The notes under the pieces are model-generated. The model saw nothing but the letters and a program-made list of their open reading frames with translations, did no database searches and was not told the DNA's origin. The position numbers and the translations under genes were made by a program. DNA of 64,000 bases from Bdellovibrionales bacterium (GTDB lineage: Bacteria > Bdellovibrionota > Bdellovibrionia > Bdellovibrionales > UBA1609): the NCBI GenBank assembly GCA_965261545.1, contig CBDHDF010000002.1, positions 416,001 to 480,000 of the forward strand, written 5' to 3'. Positions within the stretch are counted from its first letter, which is position 1. Every line of letters starts with the position of its first letter. Below are positions 61,601 through 64,000 of the stretch, piece after piece.

Positions 61601-64000
61601 GAAAACTACTGATTAGCACTCGTGAACTGTCTCCTCTCACTGATGAGCAGAACCCATTGAAGATACTCGATGGGATTGCCCGTTTTATTATGGTGGGCCA
61701 AGATCCGGTTATTTCTCAAAGTTATCTCGATGGTCGGGGGCGTGTGATTCAGGCCCAGCGTCTTGGTCTCGATACAAACGATCAACCGATGACGACGATT
61801 GCATATGGCGTTCTTTATGATGGTTGGGGGCATCCATCGGTGCGGACACTCAATATGGAGTATGACTCTTCACCCACTGGCTTTCAAGTTGGTTTGATAA
61901 GTTCTTTTGATTGGAATGGGCCAGGTGTTATGGCCGGAGATATTATCAATTACTTTGAAAGTGGTCCAGGCAAATCGGTGGCCCAAGGTGATTATCAATA
62001 TCCCTATACCTATGCGGGGAGCAAAGCATCTCCTCTTGCTCGTCAAGATAGTCAATCTTCTCAGCCCGGAAAGGCTTTTTTGCGCACGGGCAAGCTAGAC
62101 CTCTCCTGGGAATATCAGTCAGATGATACCAAAAATTTATTTAATAAAATTGGGATTCCTTCGGCAGACTTCCAAGATTTTCACGGTCAATCCACGAAGG
62201 TTCCATTTAGTTCCTCACAGATGCAGCTAAAACAGTCGATTGCAGACACATCGGGCCGTTTGCTTGCACGAAATACGAGCACAAGTTCGGGCGATCTTTT
62301 GACCTCAAATGCTTATACTTACAATCAAAGCTTATTTACTGGGCAAAAGTTGCACCGCTCGCCCAATTTTTACAATCCTCCCAATAAGGAAATAAATTCC
62401 TTTTCCTTCCTCTCGTCATTGTCTCAAGTGGATTTATGGGGAAGTGTAAGTGTTTCAACGGAATCTGATTTAACTGGGGCCACTTATCGTATTTATGATA
62501 GGGGGATGAAGTTACGATTTGTTAGTTATGGAGCCAATTTTAAGTGTCTCAATTACTTTAAGTACGACATACGGGGTCGTAAGATAGAGAGTGGAGTGTT
62601 ACAGCCAAGTGAAGTTCACTCTATGAGGGACTATCAAACTATGGCCAATCAAATGAATTATCCTTCTTCTCAGCAGGCTTACTGGTCTATGCGCTATAGC
62701 TATGATTTGAATGCCAGTGTTGCTGCGGATCCTATGAGTGTTTCACTTAAGGGACGATTATTTCAAATAGTTAGAAATAACGATGCGATTGTCACCAATG
62801 GATCAAGTTGCCAGCAGGGTTCCACAGGACAAACCACTCAACACAGATTTCAATACGATCTTCCTGGAAGAATTGTGGTATCGAGTCTGCAAACTGTTTT
62901 AGGATCGACAAGCCAAATTCGAAACACGGGTTATACTCATAATAATGTGGGGCAAACGACAGGGGTGACCTATCCCACCAAGGATCAGAGTCAGTCATCA
63001 AACCCTTTTGATCTCTCTGGGCAACCAACGATTTACTATGGCTTGAATCCCATTGGGCAGTTATCATCCATTTGCGATCAGCAGGATTGCAGTAGGGTGA
63101 AATATGCCTCCAATTACAAATATAATATCAATGGTCTGCGTGTGGGAAATCAAATGAATAATGGCAAGTTGCAACAAACCTTCACCTATGACTTGCAAAG
63201 TCGATTGGGGCAAATAAGTACAGCGAGTACAGTGAGTGCCGCAAGTTTTGAAAGTGCTGCGAATGTCTCAAATACCAAAGGGACTGCGAATACCGTGAAT
63301 ACTGCGAGTCCTGCGAAGGCCACCACTGTAGCTGCCCGAGGGACGACAACTCCCATATTTGAAGAAAAAATCACCTACGCCACAGATGACGAAGAAAGTG
63401 GTTTTCAGGGTGGTTATGTGATTCGTACGGAGTACACGGGGACAGGGCTGGGAGACAGCGGAGCCCATGCCTATGATTATCAATACAGTTTGTTTGGACG
63501 ACTCACTCAAGCCACTCGTTTTAAGGGAGATCAATTGAATGAGAAGGATCGCACATTTTCTTATAGCTATGATTCCAACGGAAACCCATTGACAACATCC
63601 CTGGAGATAGAGGGAGGCACAAGTTCTACCGATACATTTACTTATAGGACGGGCAATCGCTTGGCCTATGTGACGGAAAATACGTCCAAACGCTATATGA
63701 ATTACAATGATCGAGGGGCCCTCGTCGCAGATATTACGGGCACTGGCGATGATAATAGTTTGTTGACCTACGTACGCAATATGAGTGAAAATCGTATTAT
63801 TAGTGCAGTGACAGATACAGAGACCATCAATTATAAATACGATGGATTCGGACGGCGTATTCAGGTCACGAATCAAAGCACGTCCATAGCACCAAAGGAT
63901 GCTCAACTTCCCATTGGTATTGACGATACATGGATGACTTCCATGGGAAAAGAACTCTCTCAAGGTGCTCCAGGTGTTCTCGGCAATGATCTAGAAGCTA
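55639..64000 (+). CDS. Giant RHS/YD-repeat protein (over 2,780 aa, runs off the window) with SpvB/TcB-like N-terminus and lipoprotein-type signal
   Basis: AGGAG then GTG at 55639; the frame is open wherever I read it and the ORF track lists no closed ORF in this frame; KERK-hydrophobic-FMTAC; LGLGWELP; YD repeats such as YLDGRGRVIQ, YDLLGRI, YDSNGN, YKYDGFGRR. Confidence 0.88.
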   Translation, partial: MQNLDFNSYLHSTQSVFKSFTSCLRAFFQLLKGPFKERKVVALCVIVLSSVLFMTACSSWFKAWENRISRNSSSQLGAKDFESKNIPGGIEDPNIKGNTGKVGMSLMLGQLGDGSGPGFSLKATYSSNVQNSVKIWNRDYQTPNLGLGWELPEGRIIRHTNDTGNEDDDHFYLTLPSGGGVIELIYDSVDSADPNIIHYRPKGSYAPSMLARLYKFNDVPNKKYSTWIITMGTGQRYFYGGNIGIESGSQKSPEYTEICDHITNNVEGNKLPPAVADCMSGSVELGIRWGNWIGPSYEDTSQEQFEVGWWVSAIQDTLGRQTIFSYIQDIQNVGDSTSAKSFTQQTYLYRIQQPSGEKLVLRYCPRAEGTDVSKTKGQDQGIKKVSRIGKKGDGDKGHQSTKGQDNPGKEIQKLSRSGAGDSTICIVPGKIYQEFVDPWQINAEPDGYQERYSSLYVGAVDHQSDSSITDLSQPTLRTLLQSDFLTTDGTAELAKRILVGVVRQTYDSDLHQVVDVAPPTNYVYWGQSSTDGVSVQVDDSSNIFNEQTQGLYGSIKLVTSPSGATKKYRYKQMELDITRQLMVNDFVNYDQKWPLFGGNHVVIAGTSNDATLIKVYNWTLQGWKGFTVYQGGPPGPAGYNPFRYIALQDNYIAFLHSDLGTVSVAHYNYASQSWEDAITLGSFSPYSGNSIEGGEDFLGIVSIDSRGPISGQQNVVKYNLFETPDQGQTWSQVLSGNVVDTSTPIYSSFWRTSGIGVGRNYVTVGATQADHDTREGPYTQPNYDLDLVLLYRSLEGKWHNSGVQTFKVPNLTGRVSGKSWITPPSDEPQPWASPSAGLSGGFIKSDPRVQFLDFSPSSSILGVGINNLTSQWGRLDKQANFSQSAFLMSPFAVDPVAKQLTYLNNISYYQNPSAYPGFVEYSGKENILAYFSSGRRQTSAYGMNVSAGTSFNANSMATAMVGFTPQAFQMRYASGDPMGEKISMLVANCSFALFDGKSYNSTQIFEANPDQDSSGLTLRGYPPLLVGQPPIYLTPSIKNEAFGIDSSSPSDLTPKAPCGQPMTQVLPGGVIAYSDAAGVSQYVIGDPKTKSYRIIDVSGVNRVPTRPSVLNTLAKVRQEKLKAERTQKILQGVGMGVAVIGALFALADPVSFVMFLAFTGVSVGLEIGEKEAAAHYTHAINRILSKLAGAAPGQRNANGTYIQDGDVLLFQQPNGSLNLVESEIDTNNLYNVNFSANRGFVVYTTLGSSGPSSIGSTKVAVLRNGILYKNPENLSEELKVSTLIHQGQFNDSFYSLSSAANFVTYNGSKNGSWSCPTLAFGVYHGGEGEGDGACFTDSDGAFFIHHFLGEKSTGNITDFVVDTVTVDDGVQSYSTIYEYANGNYDDTSTTGIYETVSIYPGQTTATGGKTYKEFINGRNSSDLTVSVCNYQLEDQQQGGKQAGAKAPSPENCSDQPVNSFFNVLRGYLYSTKTIAADSTVVDERITDFRILKILDSNGKFQSYKPLPISKTHSRDGVSQTIQFGYDPYFQKNKTTFSTKNYLGNSSMIDEQVITTKRFAYEDYPEMLTQNIFHPLSEKKMIRQYGTVAQPKTSRSTKITYKNWQSAKEGRAWLSESVQVLSQFPEDSQGTFVTMSTLERDTSSGHATKSTNSDGMVATQKLSVDGRHIPYANYVNGDFYAGQADYYGFEFFEPPLANSSWKVSGGDLSQNIAYTGSVSYGSDTAQVTLTPSQFTPKQGTYSVVSAWVFPKNDKSCTIQLGSGKSTSSSEARWQYIEVTSNSNTAPTISCYGYVDDMRFGPVDGVFSAHVYDRSMKILAKHGNNGEAAHNVYDFRQLKVATYRTTDHSTGEISLQIDLAGYSRWSGSNSNEISDNFASLPFDLSLPNSLSSIRVLSPSGNQFISLESSGETLPVINVGPSFVIHAEFVSSDSPLEMTIGGTKLQLRYDSVTRIFYLNQFTSKALTADAAVPGLITLFVNKNMGLLFGDGKLLISTRELSPLTDEQNPLKILDGIARFIMVGQDPVISQSYLDGRGRVIQAQRLGLDTNDQPMTTIAYGVLYDGWGHPSVRTLNMEYDSSPTGFQVGLISSFDWNGPGVMAGDIINYFESGPGKSVAQGDYQYPYTYAGSKASPLARQDSQSSQPGKAFLRTGKLDLSWEYQSDDTKNLFNKIGIPSADFQDFHGQSTKVPFSSSQMQLKQSIADTSGRLLARNTSTSSGDLLTSNAYTYNQSLFTGQKLHRSPNFYNPPNKEINSFSFLSSLSQVDLWGSVSVSTESDLTGATYRIYDRGMKLRFVSYGANFKCLNYFKYDIRGRKIESGVLQPSEVHSMRDYQTMANQMNYPSSQQAYWSMRYSYDLNASVAADPMSVSLKGRLFQIVRNNDAIVTNGSSCQQGSTGQTTQHRFQYDLPGRIVVSSLQTVLGSTSQIRNTGYTHNNVGQTTGVTYPTKDQSQSSNPFDLSGQPTIYYGLNPIGQLSSICDQQDCSRVKYASNYKYNINGLRVGNQMNNGKLQQTFTYDLQSRLGQISTASTVSAASFESAANVSNTKGTANTVNTASPAKATTVAARGTTTPIFEEKITYATDDEESGFQGGYVIRTEYTGTGLGDSGAHAYDYQYSLFGRLTQATRFKGDQLNEKDRTFSYSYDSNGNPLTTSLEIEGGTSSTDTFTYRTGNRLAYVTENTSKRYMNYNDRGALVADITGTGDDNSLLTYVRNMSENRIISAVTDTETINYKYDGFGRRIQVTNQSTSIAPKDAQLPIGIDDTWMTSMGKELSQGAPGVLGNDLEA

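Noticed and set aside
55722..63963. Many short ORFs in the track over this region
   Set aside because: They are shadow ORFs of the giant plus-strand RHS frame

Overview
This window has three parts. (1) About 5.4-16.6 kb is a housekeeping block: lptD, a site-2 protease, scpA, scpB, a LuxR-type regulator, mutS, two QueD-like genes and an SDR. The gene style suggests a Bdellovibrionota-like host (inference). (2) About 0-5 kb and 17-55 kb are an extremely dense, nested mobile-element region: IS66, ISL3, IS3 x3, IS4 x3, IS21, IS1634 x2, ISNCY, IS110, MITEs, three group II intron loci, a MITE-inactivated tyrosine integrase next to tRNA-Leu(TAA), and HipBA, AbiE and HEPN/MNT toxin-antitoxin pairs. 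(3) From 55.6 kb a giant RHS/YD-repeat gene (over 2780 aa, with a lipoprotein-type signal) runs off the end of the window and is missing from the ORF track. The standout is a 1,940-bp large-serine-recombinase (LSR) element inserted at an AC dinucleotide inside the reverse transcriptase gene of a group II intron. Its exact excision restores the RT reading frame (V-H-T-G-A-Y), and the predicted excised circle is almost entirely one ORF (1,938 of 1,940 bp). The intron+LSR composite occurs twice at unrelated targets: an ISL3 transposase and the 23-bp terminal repeat array of an IS21 element. All family assignments come from motif recognition by eye; no searches were run.
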